A stretch of DNA of 63,975 nucleotides, filler included, from Jimgerdemannia flammicorona (taxonomy: Eukaryota): the NCBI GenBank assembly GCA_003990765.1. It is 3 parts of 3 records of this genome, joined end to end, with 100 filler letters (N's around TTAATTAATTAA, not from the genome) between each part and the next. Parts side by side here need not be neighbours in the genome. Positions count along the whole stretch, not along the records: positions 21,361 to 42,619 come from RBNJ01001494.1; positions 42,720 to 63,975 come from RBNJ01001495.1; 1 more part is not named here. One strand, written 5' to 3'. Positions 39,523-52,289 of the stretch are shown here, piece by piece. Within the stretch, counting starts at the first letter, position 1. The number at the start of each line of letters is the position of its first letter. The notes under the pieces were generated by a model that saw only the letters and a list, made by a program, of their open reading frames with translations, ran no database searches and was not told the origin of the DNA. The position numbers and the translations under genes are program-made.

Positions 39523-40466
39523 CAGCTATTGAAGGGTGCTGTTCTGGTAGTTGGTGAGTATTCCTATAGGCACTCAGTTATCATTCCATTGGTTTGCTTG
39601 GTAGCCTGTGTCAACTGCATTGATGAAGTTTTCAATATTGTTATTTTTTCCACTGAATGTTGGAATTCGCAAAGTCTTGGTTGGTTTGTTCTATTTAGCA
39701 ATCTGTCCTACTATCTCTACTAGTGCTGCTAGCTAGGTAGTCAGTGCTGCAATATTGGCATCTACCATTGTGTTGACTATTAGTGGTGGGCCTGTTGGGG
39801 TAGATTCTCCTAAAGATTGTTCTGCTTGGTGGAGTTGTGGGGCTATATGACTTGGAGTTATTTGATTTCCAGATATTAAGTCAAAGAGTCCTGTGAGAGA
39901 GGGTAAACCAAATCTCTTTATAGGTAGTTGAGTTGGTTCTGGGGTCTGATCTTCTTGACCTATGGTTCCTTGGTAAATTCCTAGGCCTACTGTTCCTTAT
40001 TGGCTATCATCAGACTGGTAACCTATAGAGTCTTCATCTGACTCCCTTTCCTGATGAGATAGTGTGTCCTCATACTGACTAGGTCCTTCAAAGAGGTATC
40101 ATTCTCTGGCTGAGTAGATGGGCCTGCTCCTTGTTCAGCAGTAGGGGATGGGTGGCCTGCTTGCTTATTCTTATACCTAGTTATGGCAGAGGTGTAGTAT
40201 ACAACTAACCTGTAGTAGAGAGAGGTCTTGGTTGGGGTATGATGATATCTATCAGAGGCAATCCACTTGGCAGCTGTTTCTCTTGCAGTAGGGAGTGTGA
40301 TATAATCTAGAAAATCCTGAGTGGCTACAGAAGTAGATTCTGGGGTCCTAGTGGTTCCAATGTGTCCTTGGAGGAGTTCATAGAACCTATAGTGGCTAAC
40401 AATATTCCTAAGTCCTGGGTAATATGTATATCCTAAAGGCTTGATATAGATCCTTATAAGCCTAGG

Positions 40467-40822
40467 AGAATTGGGTAGGGGTGGGGCACTGTGTATTATA
40501 TAGAAGCTAGACAGACATATTGGTTTAATAAAGGATGGAGTCCAAGTGACTATAAAAAAAAAAAAAAAAAAAAAATAATTTTTTTTTTTTTTTTTTTTTT
40601 TTTTTATAGTCACTTGGACTCCTTTATTCCACTAGTTTATAGAATTACACTATCTGTGTATCTCATCGATTACCCTAGAACAACAATGAACCCAACCCTC
40701 TACTATTTAATAATAATATAAGGAAGAGCCCTTCAGCCTACAGCTTCTTTCCACCTCACCCCCTTCTCACCAAGTACGAGGTGCTCCTGACTCCTCTGGA
40801 CAATGTCTAACACCTTCCTCAT
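40467..40822. mobile_element. Two short LINE 3' ends, tail-to-tail
   Basis: Poly(A) followed by poly(T) at 40554-40605. Flanked by duplicated tagatcctt(a/g)taagcct(a/g)g. Confidence 0.85.
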
Positions 40823-41039
40823 AATAGATCCTTGTAAGCCTGGTCAATTACAAGCTGGTAGGTCCTTGGGTCTGTAGTTTCCTGGTACCACCTGGTCCTA
40901 ATGGCAAGAGCTTCTCTGGCTCTAGTTTGGGGATCCACAGTTGATTCTGGGGGTTACTCCTATCCAAGGTTGGTCTTGTTCCAACTTCAGGAGTATGTTC
41001 TTTGGTGCCTTCTTGGCCGGTAATCCACTGCTACCAAGT

Positions 41040-41802
41040 TGTAATAACTCTCACTTCTATCCCTCTCTTATCCTTTAGATAATTAGAGAAGTGGACTATT
41101 ACTTAGGGACTTAATATACAATGTGTATCAAGAAGCCTTTAGTTTGAGGAAGCACTTGCTTATAAGTAAGTGTAGTGGCAGTGTCTTCTGTTTCAAAGGT
41201 CTTTCTCTTGTGTCCTATTTTGAGGGTCTTGTTCTTTGTTGTGCACAGACTGAATTCGCCTTGGAATTCAGATTCAATGGGTTTACTTAAGTCTTTGAGG
41301 ATTTATATACTGGTCTCAGTTCTGGCAGAAGTTAGCTAGGCTTCTGGAGTTTAGTCAGAAACACTAGAGTCACTTAGATGTCATTACTAAGACTCAGGGG
41401 AATGTGTGTATGTGGGGGGACTTGATTCTTGTATCAAGGACTAAACTAAAACTGCTTTATTTCGGATGGAAACTGGGGGGTATTTATACAAGTTGGTCCA
41501 TGATTTCTGACTAAGTATGAGTGACTAATTTGGTAACTATAATGAGGTTTGTAATTGTGACCTTTGTCAGGTGGTTTTTGGTAAAGAATATCTTTGTGAT
41601 CAGGACCTTAATTACTAGGCAATGATCAGTAGCTATGGCAACAGTTGCTGCAGCACCAATTGTTGGAGATAAGCTGGATATCGTTTTTCGAATTATTTTA
41701 CATCATTCACATCATTCATCATTCATATGTCATGTTTTGTTCATATGATGACGTCATCGTCATCGGGTCATATGATTGCTCATCATGCCTCATTCTATTA
41801 CA
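41040..41802 (-). repeat. Family B 5' LTR (763 bp)
   Basis: Inverted termini, TATA at ~41480-41489, adjacent PBS. Matches 24179-24883. Confidence 0.9.
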
Positions 41803-42619
41803 CTGACAAGGCAATGAGAGACAGGTGTTGTGGGGTCCCCATATGTGGTGATGGGATAGACTGCTACTGGAGAGTGCTCCACTTGCTGCTTTGGATATTG
41901 GGGATGGAGTGGAGTATCAGCAGGGTCTTGGCCAGGACCTTTGGCTGAGCAGTTGGCAGGCAGTCAGGATTGGCAAGAAGTGGGACTGGGCAGATATCTG
42001 GTCTTGGAGTACTGAGGTACAGCAGTGGCTTCCCCCCAAGTTCTGAGTAGTATGGTGGTGAATGCTGCAGAGGAATGTCATGCTGAATTTCCACACTGGG
42101 CATCTAGTGGATGGTGGCTGTTTTGACTGTGAGGAGTGTTACAATATAGGATAAGATGGGGGTTTGGTGTAGATGCCGAAACATTGGCTGGGAGAGTGTG
42201 AGGTTTTGGGGGACTTTTGGATTGAAATAGGGAATAGACTGGATATGGAGCACAGGCCAGTGGGTGAAGGGGATCGCTGGGAGGACTTGAGATCTTGGCT
42301 GGTGGGGGGGGTGGGGGATAGTTGGCTCACTGTTGGGTGGGTGTTAGCAGTTTGGGTGGGATTGGTGGGATATTGGCTATTTGTGTTTGAGGAGGGGTAG
42401 CAGATGAGACTGCAGGAGAAGATTTTAAGATGAGAGGAGCTGTTGGGGGATCTGATGACTGGATGGTGGATAGGTTGGGGCCCTTCAGGGGGACAGCAGT
42501 GAGGTTTGGTGGCAAGGATATGTGAACAGAGTAGTGGGAGGGTGGGGATTATATTCAATAGAGTAGTGTTTCGTCGAGAAGGGGTAGGGGGGAGGGGCCC
42601 CCCTAGGGGGATTGGATAG
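41803..42619 (+). mobile_element. LINE ORF2 C-terminal/3'UTR fragment
   Basis: Colinear with ~38626-39440. Confidence 0.88.
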
Positions 42620-42719
42620 NNNNNNNNNNNNNNNNNNNNNNNNNNNNNNNNNNNNNNNNNNNNTTAATTAATTAANNNNNNNNNNNNNNNNNNNNNNNNN
42701 NNNNNNNNNNNNNNNNNNN
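42620..42719. other. Artificial contig linker
   Basis: N44-TTAATTAATTAA-N44. Confidence 0.95.
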
Positions 42720-42804
42720 ATATTGTTTGGTGGGTGGTGGGGGAGGGTTTTGGCCTATATAGTCTAGGTTCCCTTCCAATAAAAATCCACGGGACTATGA
42801 GTCC

Positions 42805-42838
<34 letters not shown>
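42720..42838 (+). mobile_element. 3' end of a LINE-like retroposed sequence with poly(A)
   Basis: AATAAA at ~42778, then GGACTATGAGTCC and a ~30-nt A tract. Confidence 0.6.
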
Positions 42839-42839
<1 letters not shown>

Positions 42840-45800
42840 AAATATTGATGTGGTGTGCCCTATCAACTACTCCCCACCAGAATCTCTTATATCATATATA
42901 TCCACTGTTCTGAAGCCCAACTAAGGACAGTAAATCTCCTGTAGAGCCTCTTGGTAAGAACCTTATCTCCCAGACCTTCTTTATCAGAGAGACTCAGCTA
43001 CCACCTCTCAGTTCTACTGCTCTCTTCAGCCACTATGTTTGTAGACAATACAGCCTCTTTGGGAAGTCAACCAGCCCAAGGTCTCCTCTAGCCACTGGTA
43101 GTGACAAGATTTTTCAACTAATTTAACTCCTTCTCTTAGCCCAGATCTAGCCTTTGGCCTGCTTCAATAATCTCTTCACCACCCAGACAGGAAAGTCCAG
43201 ATAATATACCAAATACTACAGCTTTGGCAGTCAATAGACATTCAAAATCGAAATATGCCCTGCTAATAATAAATGATGGCCTCTCTAACTCTGCAGGGCC
43301 TCCCTCCAGATAACCACTCACTACTCTCACTAAGGTTATGGTAGGACTGACCCATATACTGAAAGATAGATATCCAAATATCTCACAGTCTCTCCAGTAG
43401 AGACAATTGTTCCAATGACTTCTCCTCTCACCAGACCATTGCCCAACACCATCATTTCATACTTATACTAGTTGAGTTTAGCCCTAGAGTATACCTCATA
43501 CCACTCTACTATTTCCTGGAGTTCCTCAACATCAGCAACTGATCCCAAGCCAACTACTATATCATCTACAAAGACCCCAACTTTCTGCACAATTCCAAAT
43601 ACTGAGAGCCCCACTACCTTGTGCTGAATCCTGTCTATCAAGAGCTCTAAGGATAAAGTATACAAAATAGAAGACAGCAGATTCCCCTGGAGAATATCCC
43701 TACTCAGAGAAAATGCCACCTCTCAATACTCATTGTATAAGAGTGTCACTCTACTCCCTTCCAGTAGGCTGATCATTGTCACTCAGAACTGCTGAGGGAT
43801 ACTAATCTTATTCAGTACCTTTACTAACCAGATTTGCCAAACATGATCATATGCCTTCTTCTGATCCAAGAATACCAATCTACCATCCAGTTCACAGGCT
43901 TGAGCCTCTTCAATAACACTATGCACCCAAGCCATGCTATCTCTAATAAGCTGGCTCCCTACAAAACCTCTCTGCTCCTCACTCAAGACTTGCTGAACCA
44001 CCTTCTATAGTCTTACCACCATCACCTTGGTAACCAACTTTCTGTCTATATCCAGAAGTATAATAGGCTACCAGTTCTTCCAGTCCTCCCTCCTGTCCCT
44101 GTCCTTATAAAGCAGTACCACCAGCCCTAGATCTTGCTCACCCACCCACCTCTCTGACTATAGCATTAAGTCATACAGTATTATCATCTCTCCCAGCACA
44201 CCAGGGACTCTCAGCATCTTCTTCCAAAAGTCCCAGGGTAGACCATCCTCTCCTGATATTATGCTCAGTATAGTTGCAGCAAGAACCTGGTGAATCTCCT
44301 CCTTCTGTACTGGCCTCACTAAGTTGTCCAACCCATCTACTTACAGTGAGTGCCAATCCTCCAATGCATTTTCAATGGTAGCAGCATCCACCCTACCCTT
44401 CTTCTCACTCTACAAATCACTTCACCTCTCCTTTAGTAAGTCTAGAATGTCCTATGAACTATGCACCAGAAGCCCATCTGAATTTAGTACCCTCTCTAAT
44501 CTCTGTCTCACTCTTCTTGTCTGAAGGATCCTTGAAAGATACTTAAAGGACCTCTCTCTCTTCTCCAGCCCCTGCTAGTATAATTGTGTAGCTAAACTCT
44601 ATACCTGCAACTCCTCCTCCTCTCTCAACATCTGTTGTAACTCTGCAATCTCTAGCTTAGCCTATATTAACCTCTAATCCTCCACCCCCTCCAGGGCCAA
44701 AAGACCTGCTCAATTTTTCAAAAGCCTAGCCAATCTAGCAGAAGTCCAGGACACTCTCTTCTTTCTCTGTCTACTGGCCACCTTACCAGCCTCCCTTCAA
44801 TAAACCTTAGCAGTCTCCTTCAACCTTACCCATTGGACATTAACTGGGGCACTCTCTCATACCCAACCCTCCACTCTCTGCCAAATGTCCTCAGCCCACT
44901 TGTCCCACAATGCCTTCTAAGCCAACAAAGAGGAATTGAGGTACCAATGTCCAGACCCATCCCCACTCCCCCCAAAATGACCCCGTCCTAACAGCCCCCA
45001 ATGATCAGACTATAGATACCACTCAGCCTTTAGTGACTTCCAAACATCCAAACCCCAGCAGTCTGCTATCAGCACCCAGTCAATCCTCATTCTCAGACCA
45101 TTTGTCCAGTATATGTATACCCTCTTATCTCCCCAAAATCCCCTTCCAGTGTCCACCAGAGAGCCCAGCCTTTCCATGTCCTCTTATGTCTCCAGGCCCC
45201 CACTTCTGTCCTCAGCCCCCTGCCCTCCATCAGTCCTATCTATCAGCATATTCCAGACCATATTAAAGTCTCCTCCAAAAATGTCCACTCCAGCCTCAGT
45301 AAGGGCCCTACTCTTCTGGAGTCTCTTCACCCATTCCACTCACTCACTCTGCATAGCAGAGTAGTAGCAGGAATCTACTATATATAACTAGCTCCCAACC
45401 CAGTTAAATCTACTCTCCCCAAACCAGCCTGTCTTCCTAACTCCTCATATCTTGTACCTCTCCTCTGCCTCTTCAGACCAGAATTCCAACCTTACCCCTC
45501 CAAACTACCTCATCTTCCTATTCCTTCATCTATTCTAACCTATTCAAGTCATCTATATATCTAATATCCTGCAAAAGAAAGAGATCTGCCTCCAAACTCT
45601 TCAGCCAAGTAAAAATGTTCTGATATTATACCAATCTCCATAGCCTATTCATGTTTAAGAAAAAAATGTTTGTTGTACTATTTATAAAAAATAATATTAT
45701 AAGTCCTATATAACCTCTCCAACTCTACATTCATCTTCTCTTGTGCTAAGTCTAAATCATGTTCAATAGTCACCTCCTCCTCTTCAACCCTCTTAGCCTC

Positions 45801-47700
45801 CAATTCTACCAGAAGTTCAGCCAGCTCCCCATCCTCCTTTTCCTCAAAGTTCTTATGATACTCTAAGCAGGCTTCCTGCCAGAGCTGCAATCCATATCTC
45901 TCTGCCCACCAGAGGGCAGCCTGCTCCCCAGCAATAATCACCAGCTTCACCTCTCTTATCTTATTGATCTCATATCCTTCTTCCTCCAAAAACACTATAA
46001 GTACCTCTACCTTCAGGGCCTCCACTACTCTATCTCTACATAAGATTCATGTCTATTGATCATTACTAATCACCCTTAGGTCCACATTACCCAACTCCAC
46101 AGCTGCCAAGTTATTCATTATTTGGTACATCCACTGTAGGTTTTCTACCTTCTTTCTACCTGGAGTCAATAGTCTCCCCTCTTCCAGCATTGAGATATCA
46201 GCCTCTGCACTCACAGTCTTATCCCATATCTCCTCAGAGATATCTATCAGTTCATCCTCACCAGCTGCCACCATCTGTCCCCCTTTCACTACCTCAGGAA
46301 CTCTAAAGTGCACTTGCTGGACTCCTCACATAGGTACATCCTCTGTCATCTAATCTCTTGAGGCTGGACCCCTTCTGATAAGAGAAGAAGTGTCCTCCCA
46401 GACTTCAAAAGTACTATCTATATACAGATCTCTGCTTAGTATCTTCTTGTTCTCTTCCAGACCCTCCTCCACAGTCTCTCTATCTTTGCTGGCCCAGACA
46501 CTCACTTTGGCTCCCCCAGTACCCTCCATGCCACTAGCATTCCTCTTCGCCTTCTCCTCCAGACTCATCAGCAACTCTCTCTGTCTTTTGTACCCTTGGA
46601 ACCTCTCCTATAGCCCCTTATCAATATGGATGTACTTCCCATCTACTACCTCCAAATACATCAACTCTATATATGCATTCCAAGCCTTCACTCTCTACTC
46701 TACTATACTACTCAACTCCTCCAGTACCTCTAACAAATCCTCCTCCTCCTCCTCACTCCCCTTCACTCTCATTATCTAGTATATGAAGGCCCCCCACACT
46801 ATCACTGATGGCCAATCATGAGTCTTCCTGATAGCCTCCCTTCTAGCTAGCTAAATCTGGACATCAACATCTCTAGTCCTGAATGAGGTCCCTTCCCAGA
46901 CCTGAAACCCAACATCAACCACCTCTCTATACTTGGCCATAATCTCCTTAACTCTCCTCCTCATCTTCACAGTAGTTACCATGGATACTCCTTTTACCAG
47001 AAGTTGCACCACCCTGGGGTTGCATCTCAAGTAATATGCTATCAGGATACACACCTCTCCAACAGTTAGCTCAGCCTTCAGCATGTCTTTCAATGGCCCA
47101 GCCTCCTCAAAACCCACCTCTACCCCTTCCAAACTCCTCAGAAACTTCACTGATACCACACTATCCATCTGTTTAGCAATCAGCCCCAAGACTATTTTTG
47201 CTATCACTGCCAAGCCCCAGAAGTATAAAGTAATCATAAACTCTGAGATTGACTTTTTGAGTAATGGGGCCACCACTAAGTCTATTACACCATCTGCCAG
47301 ATCTCCCAACCAACCAGGCTCCATCTTTCTAGCCTCACCATCAGCAGTTATATCTGGATTTTTTTTCAGATTGCTGGTCACTGCTCTATCAGCAGTTACA
47401 CCCCCAACCACTATACTACTAGCCCTATTACTTGATACCCCCAAGAGAGTTTCTCTCAATCCCACAGCAGCAGTCTTTTTCTTGCCACCCTGCAGCCATC
47501 TATCCAATCTAGCCACTATATTCTCTTGCTTGACCTTCTCAGCAAAGCTCATCTGCTTCCCCCCTGGCTGTACCATACTTCCTCCTCCACTGCCACCAAC
47601 TTTCCTTCTTTCTGACAAAGTGCTTAGTATCTCCAATCCTACTTCCTGACTCCTCTCCACATACTGTTAGCTAAATGTACTGAGGCCACTCTATCTAGTA
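42839..47700 (-). mobile_element. L1/Tx1-like LINE (ORF1 + APE + RT), 3' end interrupted
   Basis: ORF1 46851-47660. LNMNRL, FLQD, GDFN, DQKKAYD, VFVDD. Confidence 0.88.
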
Positions 47701-47819
47701 CACTCTGTAGAACTCTGATTTGAGAATATGTTCTTAAGATATTTCTCTAAAGAATAGTGTAAAAGTAGTTGATATATATTTATATAACATGGGATATATT
47801 AGGAAGAGAATGATGTAAC

Positions 47820-48510
47820 TAATTATAGAACCTCTCTAATAGATATCTCTAACTCCAGAAAGTTGATAAAGATTATCTATATTGATACTAATTTATTAAA
47901 GAACAGATATACTATCAGTTTACTAGTTTTTGCTACTAAAGTAGTTCTTTTTTTACTTTTAGTTACTCTAACAGTCACATCTTCAGTGACATCACTACCA
48001 CTAGTAGGTCCTCCTCCAGCCATCTGCTTAGCCTTAGAAATACTAGTCACACTCTGTCCCTGACCTCTATCAGTCACCTGACTGGTCACCTGACTGGTCA
48101 CCTGACACTTCTTCTTATCAATACTATATCTTCTCTACTATGTTACCATAAGTATAGCAGCAGCTCTTCTGCTCACCACTATAGTATACTAACTCTCTAC
48201 TACTATAGCTCTTTTCTATCCTCCTCTACTTCTCTCTATACTTCCAAATCCTATTATTGCTGTAAAGCTCTTAGATAGGCTTAGACCAGACCTTCTTTTT
48301 TTAAAATACTCAGACTCAGTAAAATCTTAGTTCACTATTTTACAAAAATGTATCAGATTTTAATAAAATTTATTATAAACTAAAGCTAGACTTCTACTAT
48401 ATCTTACACATTAGTATACTGAAGTATAAATTGTCAAATATATTGCTTTTTACTGAAATATATATATATAGCTTAGCTCTTTCTAAATAGTTTAAGCAAA
48501 AGAAGTCCTG
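47820..48510 (-). mobile_element. Heavily mutated LINE 5' end, same family as 27241
   Basis: Reverse complement aligns to ~27241-27915, including the caggtgact repeats. Confidence 0.75.
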
Positions 48511-48632
48511 ATTGTTAAATAGTTTTCTACTATTCATTTTAGATTTATATAACTAGTTGTAACTAGTTTTTGAATTTATATAAGATTTCTTAATAAGATA
48601 AGATATAACTTCACTACTACTATATATTAAGT

Positions 48633-49100
48633 ATAATACATAGTTTCAGTTTCTTTAAGAGAAAGTAGCTAAATCAGAAAGATTCTAGTAGATCTAAAAT
48701 AGTTCAAAGAGATACTTATAGGTTTAGATAATCTTAAAAAATTCTGAAAAAAAAAGCTAAGCTTTATTTGAGTAGAGAAAGAGGATATTTATACAAGATC
48801 TAAAAAAAGAATCTAGAAGAATCTTAGAAATAAAAAGAAAAGTTAAGAAAATAGTTCTTAATAAAATGATTAATAGAATTCTATAATGTTCCAAAAGGCC
48901 TATGATTAGTTAAGATAAGATACTTAGTACTAAGAAAAGATAAAAATGTTCCAATGAAGTCTTGGTATTAAGAGTAGATTTCTAAGCATTTAGAAGATAC
49001 TAGAATATTGTAAAATATTTAGAAAAGATAAGAAAAAACTAGAGAAAAGATATGAAAATATATATACTATAACTAAGATATGATTAAGAAATTATTACAA
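48633..49100 (-). repeat. Decayed solo LTR related to family C
   Basis: Shares gatatttatacaagatct, gagatactta and gaagatactagaatattgt blocks with 52950-53353. Ends TTACA. Confidence 0.7.
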
Positions 49101-51953
49101 TATTATCTGACAATAGTAGTAACTAGTATAAATATAAAAATATTGAGAGTATAGTGTAATGTACCTGGCTCAATGGAGGCAAATTACAAGGTTGGGGGTT
49201 ATTGTAGTTTAGCTTGAGCCCTCAGTTACTTTGTTAAAAAGTAATAAAATATTCTAAGATTTCTGAGATCCTTGATGTTTAGTGGTATAATAGTCAAAGC
49301 TAGATATCTGTGAGCAATTTCCTTATTGGGATAGTTCTCTGGGTATAGTGGTGATTTGTGTGTAAATGGACTTCCTTCTTAGATCAACTGGGAATTAGTA
49401 GAAATTTGTATATAGTATAATGGTCTTTCTTATACATGATGGTCTGGCAATTTGGTGGTTTTTCTTCTTGAGTGGCAGGTGATCTCTGTATGACAATCTC
49501 TATATAACATAATGATTTTCAAAAGTATGCAATTTCTGACAGGACAATCTTGGCAGGCTTTCTGATTTGGTGTGGATTCTCCTAAATCAGCAGGGTTCTT
49601 GTATGTTACTGGGAATTGTGCTGGTGGCAGATTCTTCTATATTGGGCTTACTGGGAACAAATGAATAACTCAGATGTTGTAGATTCTTCCTAACCAGCAG
49701 CTCTCTGGGAAATAACTCAGATAGTACAGATTCTTCTGAATCAGGCTCTTTTGGAAATAATAACTCAGGTGTCATAGATTCTTTCTGAATTGGTGGGGTT
49801 CTCAGGGAATGTAGATAACTCAGAAATAGTAGCTTTAACTGAGAAACATACTAGTGTGTAAGAGGGTTGCTTGTTAGGGTAACTGTTACATAGTTCTGGA
49901 AGGGTTTTCTGGAAGTTCTGGATATTCTGGAAGACTGTTTTCTTAAGATCAAGATCAATTTCATATGGAGTATGTCCTCTATGCTTATTAATTTTAAGAT
50001 CAGATTGACATCTCAACCAAAGTCTCTTTTTCAGACTAGTTCTGGATATTCAGAATTTTCTATATTTTAGGAAGTTCAAGAAACTAAGACTAGCTTAGTT
50101 GAATTGGCATATTGCTGCAGATAATACCCAATTAGGAAATTTCGTGATAGGGTTAGGAGTGGGACCTAACAGGGAGTGGATTTACTTAAGAGTGGTTTGT
50201 GGGTTATTAAATAGGTTTATTCGCTATTTATGATATTACTATGCTAAGAGTATTTGTATGAAGGGATATTGTAGGGAAGTGTTCAGGAGTGTTCTTGTGT
50301 GTTTGAGTCTGAGATTCTGAGATCTGGAGGAGGGGATATTTATACTAGTGAGGGACTATCTGGGCTATGCTGAATATGGATGTAACACTTAGTGCCTTGC
50401 TGAGTCAGAATGCAGTCACATAGTACAAGTGTGATCTGATATATCAAGAGATCATCTGACTGCTGAGTCAGTTCACAGTTACATTGTACAAGGCTAATCT
50501 AACTATACTATGACTTGCTAAGCTATTTATAGATTTAGACACTGTCTGGGTAGTCTTCAATGACATCACCATCAATGACATTATCTCTGATAAAGTAGTC
50601 ATCTAGGAAGAGTGGTTCGCAGATTAATTCTCCTTGTTCACTGAGATAGTAATACATTGGGACTTCATTACTATCCCACAGGATTGCATCATCTGTCTCA
50701 TATACTAGGTATGGAGTTGATGGGCAAAAGAGTGGTATATCATCTTCACTTTCATCAGATTTGCTGTCTGCATATCTTCTATAGGTTATAGCACTATGAG
50801 TCATGGGGTTGTAGTAAGCTGGCGACTGTGGTTCATGTTGCTCATACTTGGGTGGCAGAGTTGTTGGTTCAATCTCAAGGGTTGTCTGAAGGTACAGGTC
50901 ATATTCTCCTGTCTCTTCATTATAGTTGAAGTAATCAGGGGTAAATGCAGGTTGGTATTCATGCCAGTGGTCATTGTCTCAATAGGTCTCATAGGTGGTT
51001 ATGAACTGTTGCAAGTTCATTGGCAAGGTTGGCAGGGTGATCAGGGTTGACAGGGATCCTTGGCTTGAGATTATGTCAGCATCAGAGGGATCATTGTCTT
51101 CTACTTTGTCTTTATCAAATTAGATTATATCATAGACATCCTTCATGGCATATTCAACTTGAGGCATTTGTAGAATATGGTCATCAGGGTGCAGGAAGGT
51201 TCTGTCTGTGGTCTGAACATATTTGAGATACTTGTAGTTGAGTTCTTGTATCATATCATCGATTTGGCCATAGGATAGAGTAGCGACCATTTCAGCAGTA
51301 GTAACTCAGAGGCAGGGAATAAAGGTGCTATATTCATAGAAGAGTTCTCAATGTTTGCAGGTGATGAGTTTCTGGTATTGGGACATCTGGGTAATATCCA
51401 TGTCATGGTAGTATTCAACCATGTCTTCTAGGAGGTAGCTGATCTGATAGTAGCTTGAGATTTGTCCAATTCAGTGGACTTCACTAAGCATGTTTAGAGC
51501 ATTCCATTGGGCTTCCACAAAGTAGAGGGGTGCTAGGCTATAGATATTTATAAGGAGTAGAGGGGGTGTAGCTTGGTTGACAATGGCATTCCAAATATCA
51601 GCACAGATGTAGTTGTAGATCTCAGTGATCATGTTTGTATATATTCAGAAGTTGTAGTTATTGTTTGTTTTAGTTCTCTGTTTTGGCATGTCTTGGTGCT
51701 CAGTATATATACATTTGGTCCTGATTGGTTAGATTCTGTTTGTGTAAATTTTGTATTCTGTGACTTCGTGTTGACTCAGCTTTGTGTGCTGTGACTTCAG
51801 TTTGACTTAGCTTCATGATTGTGCAGGTGATTTCCAGATTTGTTTAGAGGTTGCATGTGATTTTGGTGGCTTGTTTAGAGGGTGACATGTGATTTCAGTA
51901 GCTTAGAGGTTGTGCACTTACAACTCTCCCCTTCTTAGCTTTCAACATCCTCA

Positions 51954-52289
51954 TCAGAGCCTTCTGATTTGTTCTAGTGTTGTTATACCATTTGGGAGGT
52001 CAAAAGTCTGGTAAGGTCTATTTTTCTCAGAAAGTAGCATGCTCATAGTACAGTTGCCTAATGTGTTGGATTCACATATTAAAGGATTGTGTGTTTGATG
52101 CCGTGTGCCGGAAGTGATTCTGATATCGTTTACTGCTAGAGAATTTTCTCTAAGGAATCTTCTTAAATGTCTACACCTCATTTCCCACCAGTGGTACAGG
52201 GAGAATAGATTTGCTTTCAGTTTTGCTATTTTTCTGAAGAGTCAGTATTCTTTTGTCTTGGCTTTGCTAAGTTCTTGATTTTTGTTCAT
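51954..52289 (-). pseudogene. Small ORF (~111 aa) between chromodomain and PPT in family A
   Basis: ATG at 52289 is in frame with track ORF 51954-52181 across a single TGA. 215 bp of it is absent in copies 1 and 2. Confidence 0.5.

Larger units (their letters stand above)
24179..41802 (-). mobile_element. Ty3/Gypsy chromovirus-like family B, near complete, split by three LINE insertions
   Basis: 5' LTR 41040-41802 (TGTAATA...TATTACA), PBS TGGTAGCAG, gag-CCHC-dUTPase-PR-RT-RH-INT-chromodomain, accessory ORF, PPT 24884-24896, partial 3' LTR 24179-24883. Element sequence resumes across each LINE TSD. Confidence 0.85.

Noticed and set aside
51975..52189. 215-bp MITE, Helitron or snoRNA insertion
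   Set aside because: No TIR or clean TSD, wrong Helitron target, and no convincing C/D boxes. It is in frame with its flanks, so deletion in the other copies fits better.
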